Of a DNA stretch of 64,000 nt, positions 27,215 to 38,585 are shown piece after piece. Origin of the DNA: Chiloscyllium plagiosum (taxonomy: Eukaryota); NCBI RefSeq assembly GCF_004010195.1, contig NC_057718.1, positions 19,734,815 to 19,798,814 on the forward strand, given 5' to 3'. The position numbers were made by a program, and so were the translations under genes. The first letter of the stretch is position 1. Each line of letters opens with the position of its first letter. The notes under the pieces were generated by a model. That model saw nothing but the letters and a program-made list of their open reading frames with translations. It searched no databases and was not told where the DNA came from.

Positions 27215-27845
27215 TCACGAGCTTAGAAGATGCTGTGGTGACATAGTGGTAAGCTGTTGCAGCTTGTAATTGGTACCACAGTCCATTGGTGGTAAAGAAG
27301 GGGAGTGTTGAAGGTGGTGGATGTGGTGCCAATCAAGTGTGCTGTATTGTCCTGAATGGTGTTGAGCCTGATTGTTGTTGGAGCTGCATTCATGCAGACA
27401 ATGAAGCGTATTCCATCACACTTCCATCAAGTGGGCGTGGGGAAAGAGGAAATGAGTTACTTGGCGCAGAATTTCTAACCTCTGACCTTCTCTTATGGCC
27501 ACAATATTTATATAGTTGGTCCAGTTCAGTTTCTGCTCAATGGTAATCCTTGGATGACGAGTGGGAGATTTAGTGATGATAATGCAACTGAATGTCCAGA
27601 GACGACGGTTAAGCTCTCTCTTGTTGGAATTACCCATTACCTGGCTTCTGCGTGGTGCAAATGTTATTTGCCATATATCAGCCCAAACCTGGATATTCTT
27701 TGGGCTATATTTGAATATGGACTGCTTCAGTGTTTGAGGAGTCATGAATAGAGCTGAACATCTGCGTTCATCAACGAACATCCGAGTTCTGACTTTATAA
27801 CGGAGGGAAGATGATTGATGAAGCAGCAGATGGTTGGTAAGCAAA
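27215..27845 (-). mobile_element. CR1-clade LINE (same family as 13330-14340)
   Basis: ORF 27416..27844 contains IQVWADIWQITFAP...ITIEQKLNWTNYIN. Confidence 0.75.
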
Positions 27846-28020
27846 TGCTGGCCTTCTCAGAGATGCACACATTTATTAAAAAAGAACAAAGTTTAGAAAA
27901 TGTTAAGAAAGAGCTGAAGGCAGTGAAGACTGCAAAGTGTGTAGACCTGAGAGTATTAAAATAAAGGAAATCTCTAGAGTGTAGAATGCTAGTTCTTCCT
28001 TTGGATCGAAGGAATTAATT

Positions 28021-28222
28021 AGGAGAAAATGAGGACTGCAGCTGGAGATCAGAGTCAAAAACTGTGTTGCTGGAAAAGCACAGCCGGTCAGTCAGCATCC
28101 GAGGAGTAGGAGAGTCAATGTTTCAAGCAGAAGCTATTCATCAGAAATGTGGGGGGTGGGAGTGGGGGGGGCTGAGAGGTAAATGGAAGAAGGAGTGGGG
28201 CGCAGGGGGGGGATGTAGCTAG
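28021..28222 (-). mobile_element. PLE 3' end (pLTR) with decayed hammerhead
   Basis: Homologous to 42390-42565. Minus strand near 28119-28144 reads CTGATGAATAGCTTCTGCTTGAAAC. Confidence 0.7.
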
Positions 28223-28686
28223 GAATACGAATTAACGTGAAACAGGAAATTTCTGGGTGCCAAATACAGATTTTACAAAATGACACTTATCATTTGAAAA
28301 CCTTCCTTTTGGGAAATGGAAAATGAGAAGCTTTGCTGGAAGACAAATTTTTTGCACTGCAATTTCTATCTGAGCAGCTGTAACCGTTAAAAACAAAGAG
28401 TCACAGTTTTAATTGCTCCTTTTAAGCCTTTCAGATGAATATCTCCTTTTTCATTAATCTTTCCTTCCCAAGATTTCAAAAACTTTTAGAACAAACTGAT
28501 AAAATTTAGTTAATATTGTACAGAGATGGGGATAAAGATCAATTCAATGCTAGAGCTCTCAAATTACTGAGAACAAGCACGTTGAAAGAATAAATTGTTC
28601 TTATCTTGTCTTTATTTCCATGAAAACAAAACTCTCCAGTGCGGAATACAGCCCAACTGTTAACTCCAAGGGAAGTGCTCACTCAC

Positions 28687-28809
28687 TTTTCCATGTTGCC
28701 CACTTCTTTCATAGCAAATAACAACATCTTCCCACATCTCCAACTGCTCGAAGATCTGTTGAGCTGAGCTATTACAACCCAGGTCAAACAGAAGAGTCGC
28801 AAGCTGACG
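28687..28809 (-). CDS. TTC27: TTC27 coding exon (about exon 12), 123 nt, phase 0-0
   Basis: Acceptor ttttctattag, donor AAA|gtgagt. Translates [41 protein letters not shown]. Confidence 0.96.
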
Positions 28810-29261
28810 CTAATAGAAAAGGATAAAAAATAAAGATTTTAAAATTCCAACAATACATTCATCTGACTTATTATTCATGTGACATAAATAATATTTTCAA
28901 TAATGGAGCTTTAAATGATAACTGCTAAAGAAGAAATTTCTCAACACCTAAGTGAATTTGGAGATGCTAACTTTGTTGTCAAATTTAGTGGATTCTGAGA
29001 CTGGATGACAAAAACTCTGAGTGATGAAGTGTCACTGCATGTAAAACCAAGTATAAACTTGGAAAAAGCACATTTCAGGTTTCCACTTACACTTAGTGGC
29101 TGTATTCTCGAGTCTGAGTCAGTATGTGTCAAAGTCTCAAAATCCACAACGTTCTAACACAAAATCTAGATTGTCATCTTTGCAGTACTGAGAGAAGATG
29201 CTAAACTAGTCAGATTATGCTCTTTAGAGATGAAGGCGGCATTAAAGATTCATACACATAC

Positions 29262-29357
29262 CTGAACAGCATAGTGTGGAGGCACTTGGCAACAGTAGAA
29301 GATCTTCAGGCGTTCCACTACAGATGTGGTCTTGTCTTCAAAGTGATCTGTAAGAGC
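29262..29357 (-). CDS. TTC27: TTC27 coding exon (about exon 11), 96 nt, phase 0-0
   Basis: Acceptor cctgcttag, donor CAG|gtatgt. Translates [32 protein letters not shown]. Confidence 0.96.
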
Positions 29358-30041
29358 CTAAGCAGGAAAGGTAAAGTAAAGCATTAACTTACACAGTACA
29401 GCAAGCTCCAAATCAGACAATCTCTGCTCGGATGGTGCTACATGTAGCAAAGTTGATCTCAGTTCCCCTCTGACAGGGTACGGAAAGTCATTATTCAGCA
29501 TCCTTCTGGAATCGAGTAGGCATGTGAACAGTCATGGAGAATAGGATGGGGCACGCCACGTTTGAAGAATTTATAGGCAAGGCTTGTGTCCACATAGTAG
29601 TCATCAGAGAAGAAAATAAAGTACATCCACTGCTAATGAACCAAATCCCACAAGGATCCAAAAGCAACTACAATGAGCAATAAATATTTCCCAGCTAGCC
29701 ATGCCACATCCTAAATGAACTTTACAAATAAAGGTATTTAAAAATATAGGAGCACAAACACACCATTGTGTTTCTATTTTGTTTCGGCAAACTGAGGAAA
29801 AAATCTACAAAAATACTTCAAAAAACACTTCAAAAAACTCAGAAGCAGAGATAGGAAGAAATTAAAATTAGTGAGTGATTTCTATGGACTGGCTAGCTTG
29901 GTCTTTCCATCTTTCTCTTAAGCTATAATTCAAGACAAACTTCTGAAGGTGACCAGTAAAATATATCTTACAGTACAACAAACAATGACAAGAAATACAG
30001 CACTCCAGCTCAAATGTGAATAACAGATCAATGTAAAAGTA

Positions 30042-30941
30042 TGTTATGATTGGAGCGAATGGTAATTTTGGACAAGTCAAATCCCAGAGTGAGCCCTGGT
30101 TTGACAGACCATTTTTTTTTGTTTACTAGGGAGGTGGGTCACTGAACATGTTACAAGAGGCTGTAAAATACTTTAACAAAAGAACATACAAATTTATCAC
30201 ATACAAAAAAAAACACAAATTCTGCCAGGTAACAACTATGTGAGCAATCTCAATACAAACATCAGAAAGAATGGTTAATCCCTTTTACTGTAGCAATAAT
30301 CTAGCAATTGATTAAACCTCAGTGAAGTGCCACCCTTATCTCCACACTGATACTTCTTGCTCAGTTGGAATGGATGCAAACAGTATACTTCCAGCAAATG
30401 ACAATGCATTCACTAGATATTGTTTTCTTCAGTTTATATCTTTGCATGAGACCTTTAAAACACACCGTTAACTCAGTCCACTCCTACCATCAACAGCTTT
30501 GTCAGATACAGGATGTCTTTCTCATCGCTAGTCCCACAACTTCCTGCTTCTGGAACTTTCTTATCAGTTGTTTCTAAAAAACTCAGGAACTTGCCCGAGC
30601 CCAAAATGTTTGGAGACTGATAGTAACCATACCTCTGCTGTTATGTCACTTCCCACACATGGACCGACTTCTGTCCCATTCTCTCTCTCTCTCTCTCTGC
30701 GATTCAAGAAAAACCGTGGCAACTATCTGCCTGAGGGGGCTTGTTGGTCATTTAGCTAAAGCAGCATTATAAATGCTGTTTTGAACTCACTGTCCAAAAT
30801 GACTTTCTGACCTTTAAAAAAATTCATATCTTCATAGAACTCAAAACTAAAATCCATTTTCCTCCATTTTAGAGCCCAAATTCTGAAATAACAATGGTAA
30901 GATATTATGGATTTTAATTTCAGGAGTTAAAAACAACTACA
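30042..30941 (-). mobile_element. Probable solo LTR related to 8161-8761
   Basis: Read on the minus strand it starts TGTAG and ends ...caatcataACA. The 3' end resembles 8695-8760. No TSD recognised. Confidence 0.45.
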
Positions 30942-30960
30942 TATTTAGAAAATCTTTCTG

Positions 30961-32539
30961 TACATATCACAGACAAGGAAGTGCTGCATATCTTGAAACA
31001 TATGAAAGTGAATAAATCTCCAGGACTTGATCAGGTGTACTCAAGAACCCTGTGGGAAGTTAGGGTAGCAATTGCTGGGCCTCTTGCTGAGATATTTGTA
31101 TCATCGATAGTCACAGGTGAAGTGCTGGAAGACTGGAGGTTGGCTAACATGGTGCCACTGTTTAAGAAGGGCGGTAAGGACAAGCCTGGGAACCATAGAC
31201 CAGTGAGCCTGAAGTCGGTGGTGGGCAAGTTGTCGGAGGGACAGGATGTACATATATTTGGAAAGGCAAAGACTGATTAGGGATAGTCAACATGGCTTCA
31301 TGGGTGGGAAATCATGTCTCACAAACTTGATTGAGTTTTTTGAAGAAACAACAAAGAGGATTGATGAGGGCAGGGCAGTAGATGTGATCTATATGGACTT
31401 CAGTAAGGCGTTCGGCAAGGTTCCCCGTGGGATACTGGTTAGTAAGGTTAGATCTCACGGAATACAGGGAGAACCCGCCATTTGAATACAGAACTGGCTC
31501 AAGGGTAGAAGGTGGTAGTGGAGGGTTGCTTTTTAGACTGGAGGCCTGTGACCAGTGGAGTGCCACAAGGATTGGTGATGAGTCCACTACTTTTCATCAT
31601 TTCAATAAATGATTTGGATGTGAGCATAAGAGGTATAGTTAGTCAGTTTGCAGATGACACCAAGATTGGAGGTGTCGTGGACAGTGAAGAAGGTTACCTC
31701 GGATTACAACGGATCTTGATCAGATGGGCCAATGGGCTGAGATGTGGCAGATGGAGTTTAATTTAGATAAATGCGAGGTGCTGCATTTTGGGAAAGCAAA
31801 TCTTGGCAGGACTTATACATTTAATGGTAAGGTCTGAGGGAGTGTTGCTGAACAAAGAGACCTTGGAGTGCAGGTTCATAGCTCCTTGAAAGTGGAGTCA
31901 CAGGTAGATAGGATAGTGAAACAAGGTGTTTGGTCTGCTTTCCTTTATCGGTCAGAGTATTGAGTACAGGAGTTGGGAGGTCAAGTTGCGACTGTACATG
32001 ACATTAGTTAGGCCACTATTGGAATATTGCGTGCAATTCTGGTCTCCTTCCTATCAGAAAGATGTTGTGAGACTTGAAAGATTTACAAGGATGTTGCCAG
32101 GATTGGAGGATTTGAGCTATATGGAGAGGTTGAATAGGCTAGGGCTGTTTTCCCTGGAGCATTAGAGGCTGAGGGGTGACCTTATAGAGGTTTATAAAAT
32201 CATGAGGGACATGGGGATAAATAAACAAAGTCTTTTCCCTGGGGTGGGGAGTCCAGAACGAGACAGCATGGGTTTAGCGTGAGAGGGGAAAGCTATAAAA
32301 GAGACCTAAGGGGGAACCTTTTCACGCAGAGGGTGGTACAGGTATGGAATGAGCTGCAAGAGGAAGTCGTGGAGGCTGGTACAATTGCAACATTTAAAAG
32401 GCATCTGAATAGGAAGGGTTTGGAGGGATATGGGCCGAGTGTTAGCAGGTGGGACTAGATTGGGTTGGGATATCTGGTTGGCATGGACAAATTGGACCGA
32501 AGGGTCTGTTTCCATGCTGAACATCTCTATGACTCTATG
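30961..32539 (+). mobile_element. CR1 LINE, about 1.6 kb RT and 3' end
   Basis: ORFs 30981..31280, 31246..31485, 31512..31766 (GVPQG...QFADDTK) and 31926..32165. Tail ctctatgactctatg. Confidence 0.95.
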
Positions 32540-32599
32540 TTAATAGGGCTACCTTTTGTGTGTGTCTCTCTCTCCCTCTCCGCCACCATGTCAGTGAGT

Positions 32600-32760
32600 T
32601 AGAGTCATAGAGCCTTAGAGATGTACAGCACAGAAACAGACCGTTCGGACCAACTTGTCCATGCCAACCAGATATCCCAACCCAATCTAGTCCCACCTGC
32701 CAGCATCCGGCCCATATCCCTCCAAACCCTTCCTATTCACATACCCATCCATATGCCTTG
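32600..32760 (-). mobile_element. CR1 3' end, tail-to-tail with the previous copy
   Basis: Reverse complement of about 32400-32538 with few mismatches. Confidence 0.85.
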
Positions 32761-33399
32761 CAGTACTGCTAGTCATAATCCAGTCATGATCAGTCATCCG
32801 CTTGGAATGCTCATGGTCAAGGGATGTGTCCCAGCACAGTTTGGGGAGGGTGCAACAATCAGTCCTAGAAGGCCATCACAAGCTGTCATGGCAATCATGT
32901 ACTGTCTGTCAGGAAGCTGTAAACACAGCTCATAGTCTGGTCAGTCTCGTCTAGGGGCTGCTCATCAAAGTTGATCAGAGGTCTGTGGTGAGTGGAAACT
33001 CTGAGATTTGTTTAACAACAGCTGATAAGGGTACAAGGAGGGCCTGCAGGGGCACTGCCAAAAAGAGGTAGGGGAGTCAAGGATAGGGGGAATGCAAAGG
33101 CATTCACAAGGTGGCCCAAGGCCAGTAATAGAGGGAGACTCAAGGCAAATTAGGGAAAGGTCTTACATTCTCAGCATGTTGCACTGTAGACACAGGTGTG
33201 CTCAGTCATCAGCTATGGGGTGGCTACTGATGACTCTTTTTGTCCTGTTCTCAACATGGATCATTTCCACTGAGAATCGTGCTGAATGTTGGTTGCTGTG
33301 ACTGCTGACCTAACCAGGTGAAGGTGAATGCAGGAGGATCAGGGCCAGCAACAAGCTCAGGAGCAGGAGCAAGCCAACATGGAAGATGAGAGCACCCAG

Positions 33400-34060
33400 C
33401 GCAGAGAGGTTCCTGCTGCAATACCCCTCAGGATGCGGAGAAGACCTAGAGTCTTGGCTCCAATTTCATTTCTTGTGGGATGAGTAGGGCACAGTGTCAA
33501 CACAAGCTCCATACATATGTCACAGAAAACTGTGACAGAACTCTGCAGGGTGCTGGAGCAGGTCCTCAGTAGGAATGCAAGGCCATCCTCTCCCAGTGGC
33601 TGTGAAGGTGACTGCCACTCTAAACCTTCCTGCAACTGTCTCCTTCCAGGGAGGTGTTCCATGTGGGATGTCTCAAACTCAATGACTGATGCCATCTCTG
33701 AAAGGTCACACCAATTTATTCCATTACCCCATGACCTGAGCAGTGCTGCAGCCCAGGAGTTAGGATTTGGGAATAGAGCTAGGTTCTCATGTTCACGGTG
33801 GCCATATCACAATGCTGCAAAATTCATCAACAGGAAGGGGTTCCATTTAGTTAATGTTCAGGTGATCTGTGATTACCATTACCACATCCTGGAGCGGTGT
33901 GGCTGCTACCCGACAAACTGCCGTGATTCTTCTTGGAACATTTCTTGTAGCTGTTGTCTTTGAGGGTCCAGGTGCCTTTCCAGGCTGGTTATTGAGGGAA
34001 TAAGGCTACCAACTATAACCAAGACTCATGACGCTATTGTACAATATCCTGACTGATCGC
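33400..34060 (+). mobile_element. PIF/Harbinger transposase fossil
   Basis: Frameshifted segments MSQKTVTELCRVLE, HPLPVAVKVTATLN...SFQ, FINRKGFHLVNVQVICD....ILE....YP...RDS, and GWLL...GY....LMT match HARBI1-like DDE transposase motifs. Confidence 0.8.
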
Positions 34061-36279
34061 TTACCTGCATGCAATGTTCCCCTACTGGACCATGACAAAC
34101 TGGAGGTCTACATTGACTTGGAGGTTGTTCAGACAAGATGTAGCTACTGACAGGGAAAGTGTGTGGTGTGGTGGTTAAACAGTGAATAGGGTGAGTGAGT
34201 GAGGTTATATGTGAAAGGAGTGTTAGCTACATCAGCTGTGCTGCAGGCACCAGGGCTTTGTGGCTGCTGTGCCATGAAGTTGCCAGTGAAAAGCAATATT
34301 GGGCTGCCAAAGCACAACAGCCTTTCAAAGATGACCCAGGTATAAGGGAAGCAGTTTCGCAACAGATATCCAGCATAGTGTTTTGTTCTGGGAATAATAT
34401 GTGGTAAGATGGGGTTGGAATGTGACAGGGGCAGGACAGGTAGTTAACACTGTGAGTTTGGTAATCTCTCTGAAAAACACAACACAACTTGGACAGCCAA
34501 AATAAAAACATAAGATGCAGCCCAATTTGTCTACACTCAGGCAGATTGTATGGGTCTGCTTAGACAGGCCTCAAGCCTAAACCTGGACTCTGCTCACCTT
34601 TCCATGCCAGAGAGACTTGATGCCCACTATTTGAGAGTTACTGTGGCATATGGTCATACACTGTACAGTGGGTTAAAACTTATCATTTTTCTCTATCGCC
34701 AGCTTGTTTTCTAATCATTCGAGAAGGAGATTTTCATAGTTACTGCCCGCAGGTCTCTCTGGAAACACAGGGCAATAAAACTAGAGTTATGTATGGCTTT
34801 GAGCTACAGGAGCAGACATTGACTACAAAAATCTTTTGCAGTCTGAAGCAATGAGGACAAAAATGAACCTACTAGGAAATAAAAAAAACTGAAATTGACC
34901 CCTCCCATCAATCAAATTCCATGCTGAAGATCACTTAATCTTTCTCTTCAAAGTTATGACAATGCAGTGCATATTTCAAAGCAACCCTTTTGGAAAAGTC
35001 ATCTCACAACATAACACAGAGAACATTTTTTTTAAAGTGGAATACTTTAGTCAGTTCAGCTTAGAAATAGCATATGTAATTAAAGTTTGAAATATGCAGA
35101 TTTTAATTGTCAAAAGTGAGTTTTTCTTTAAAAGAAGAAAGCTAGACAGTCATTTCCTGATTCAATACTGATAACATGTCCTCTTCCCCAAGGACAGAAG
35201 CCAAAGTCTTACATGCAGTTGATTTACAGAAACTGTCCTTAATAATTAGTCTCAGGATGTCCCTAATTAACCCTGCATGCAGGAATTGCAGTGACCTGAA
35301 AGAAAGGCTCAGAACAGATCTAACACAGCCCCATTGTCGCTGTTAGCCATCACAACCATGACCCAGACTTGTCATGAGCAACACCAGGGGAGAACAGCTA
35401 GTGTTTAATTTTAAAGTGTAGCCATAACAAAAGATTACCAAAGGCTTTATGTGAACTTCATCATCAGACACTTAAACAGCAATGAAATAGAAATTATGGC
35501 AGGATTTCTTCACATTTCTGATGAATAACTTGATTGTGTGTGCCATAAGATTAGCCAAAGGCACTTTAATCACTATCTAGAACAGATTCTGGTTACTCAA
35601 GTAATGTAACAGCTCAATTTGATGCAATGAAATTACTGACAGATAATGTGCTGGACTTAAGGGAGAAAATCAAAGTTAGGAATAAGAAGGAAGCCAGCCC
35701 AAATTAGCTAGTCAGAAAAATTCACAAGCAGATTGATAGATCAGCAGTGCAAAGTACAAGATTATGGTCAAGCAGAAAAAATAAAGACATCCAAAGTACA
35801 GTGAAAATGAAAATACAATACAGCATAGGAATAGACCCTTCGGTTTCTATCTCTCTGTTCATTTCCTGTTCATCTGCCTATCAAGATCCACCTTAAACAT
35901 TGCTAATGTGTCTGCTTCCATCACCTCCACTGGTCATGCATTTCAAGCACCCACTCTGGGTGAAAACTTTTCCCTGCACTTCTCCCCGAAACCTTCCCCT
36001 CCTCTCACCTTGAACCTGTGTCCTCTTGTAGTTGACCTTTCCACCCTGGGAAAAAGCCTCTGACTATCCGCCCTATCTATGCCTCTCATAATTTGTGTTG
36101 ACCTCTATCAGGTCACCCCTCAGCCTCCGTCTTTCTAGTGAAAACAATCCAAGTTTATCCAACCTCTCAACATAACTCAAACCCTCCAGACCAGGCAACA
36201 TCCTGATAAGCCTTCTCTGCACCCTCTCCAAAGCATCCACGTCCTTCTGGTAGTGTGGCAATCAGAAGTGCAGGCAATA

Positions 36280-36497
36280 CAGGTAGTTCTTCTATAACGC
36301 GATGGCTGTATTCTTCTGTAGCCCCACATTATAGAAAAATCGCGTTTTCGACACAGTACTTAAAATGTTGGCGATGAAATCATGTTACAGGCAACACATG
36401 TTTTAAAGTTGTTGCTTTAGAAACTGTGTCCCCAATTCATCAATTGCATTACAGCGAATTAACGTTAACGAAACGTGCATTATAGCAGAACGATCTG
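36280..36497. mobile_element. 218-bp pogo/Tigger-like MITE
   Basis: Left TIR CAGGTAGTTCTTCTATAACGCG; reverse complement of the right end is CAGATCGTTCTGCTATAATGCA. Flanked by TA and CA (decayed TA TSD). Confidence 0.75.
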
Positions 36498-36543
36498 CAT
36501 TCCAAATGTGGCCTAAAGCTTTGTACAACTGTAACATAACCTG

Positions 36544-36683
36544 GAGAAAGTGAGGACTGCAGATTCTGGAGATCAGAGCTGAAAAATGTGTTGCTGAAAA
36601 AGCGCAGATCAGGCAGCATCGACGAAGAAGGGCTTACGCCCGAAACGTCGATTCTCCTGCTCCTTTGATGCTGCCTGACCTGA
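36544..36683. mobile_element. Fold-back PLE mini-insertion nested in CR1
   Basis: TSD aacataac(c/t)tg at 36533-36543 and 36684-36694. Partial core GAAGAAGGGCTTACGCCCGAAACGTC. Confidence 0.8.
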
Positions 36684-38179
36684 AACATAACTTGCCAACT
36701 TTGACATGCGATGCTCTGGCCGATGAAGGCAAGAGTGCTGTATGCCTTCTTAACCACCTAATCCACCTTTGTTGTCACTTTCAGGGATCAGTGGACATGC
36801 ATGCCCAGATCCCTCTGCATTTCAATGCTAATAAGGTGTGGGATATTAAATGAAAAATTGGTGAATAAATAACAAATAGTACTGCAAACCAATACAGAAA
36901 ATGAATAAGGCTCTGCAAGAGATTAGAAGGATGGTACAAATATAAGGATAAATAAAAAAGGTGTTTATACGCATGTGAATAGTGATGTAAAGGACAGCAC
37001 CACTCAAGGTTGACGGAAGGATTTTAATGGTGGAGGATGAGGATACCTTTTAAGAAGTAAAAATAGAACTGAGAACATAGTTGTGCCATGGGACAAAGTA
37101 GAACAATTGATGGAGCCAGCTGTTATAAAGTAATCGGTTCTGAAATAACTAGAAAGTTTGTTCGATCGCCAGGTTCTGACTGTCATGTTTGACAAATTTA
37201 ATGCAGATTTTGAAGAAGTAACCAATAATAGGAATGTAGTCAATGTATGTTTCCCAATAGAAATGTACAGTGCATCACAAAAAGAATTAACAACAAGATT
37301 GAGGGGTTTGGTGTGAAACAGCCACATGGATAGAGGTTTGGCTATGGACAGAAAGTGCAAAAAAGTGTTGCGTGCATTAGTGAAAAATGTACAAAGGTCA
37401 ACTGAGAGCAATTCCATTCTTAATGTAAACAGGTGGTATATAGGGCAGAGTCTTAAATTTAGAACAAAGGTGGAGATTTGGCTAACAACAAGAAGAACTA
37501 TAAAAGACCTCATAAAGAGACAGATATCTTAGAAGAATGAGCAAAGTAGAAACTGGAAGTTAGCAATAGCACTACATGTTTGGAGGATAAACAAGAAAAG
37601 GGTTATACAATGATTGACAGCACAATGAATAGCAAGATCCCAGTGTTAAAATATACAATTTCCTGAAAGAACATGCAGTCAGAAAAATTATTAAATGGAG
37701 TATAAATTATATCAAAGCCATCTCCAGTGTAGAATTACCAGGAAAAAACTAACAATAGGAAACTATAGTTAAAAGGAAAAAGTAAAACACTTGAACTGTT
37801 TTCATTGAAGTAGAGAGGACCAGAGGAGATTTAGTAAAGTCTTTATAATAAAAAATATTTTACATAGAGTAGGATAAACACTACTTGCTCAAATATAAGT
37901 GAATCTATAATGGGAGCTGTTATGGCAAATTTAAGATATGAGCGAAGAGTTTTCCATAAAGGATTATTAGAGATTAGCCACAGGGACCAATTAAGGCAAC
38001 ACTGGATAGACATTGGAAACTGAAGCAAAGGGCAGAGTTTGGGCAGTGGAATTAGATTAATACACCTGATGAGATAGAGAAAATAAACATGTAACAACTC
38101 CCAGATTTAAAAAGACAAGACGACATAGGCTCAATGAGGAACAAGTTTAACACTGGTAGTCCATTTACATATTTTCTGA

Positions 38180-38585
38180 CCAACCCTGTTCATAGAAGTT
38201 ATGATGCACCTCTAGAGCAGGTGAGGGACTTGAACCCATGCCTTCTAGTTCAGAGGCAGGGACACTATCACGGCATGGCAAGTGACCTCTCAGCCTTCAC
38301 TATTTGATCACCAGCTGCTGAGGATTGAACCCATGCCCCCAGAGCAACTGTCTCTGCCTCTGCCCAGTGACAATACCACAAGGCCACTGTTTCTCCACCC
38401 TCAAATTGTTAGAATCTTGTAGTTCAGCTTGTTTTGCAGTTCTGAACATCTTTTCAATGGGAAAATCAGGTGACCTGTTAGCTTGCTGAACAATAGAGAT
38501 GTTATTACACACTCTTTAGGGCAGATAGGACTTGAACCTTTGCTCAAACGTAGGGACATTAGCAGTGCACCACAAAAGCCCCGAG
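38180..38585 (-). mobile_element. Cluster of tRNA-derived SINE 5' fragments
   Basis: Three minus-strand B-box-like motifs (gggttcaagtccc, gggttcaatcc, aggttcaagtcc) with no tRNA cloverleaf. Confidence 0.5.

Larger units (their letters stand above)
35815..36840 (-). mobile_element. CR1 LINE 3' part interrupted by two nested insertions
   Basis: ORF 36073..36261 (PHYQKDVDALERVQRR...). The CR1 sequence resumes after each insert. Confidence 0.85.
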
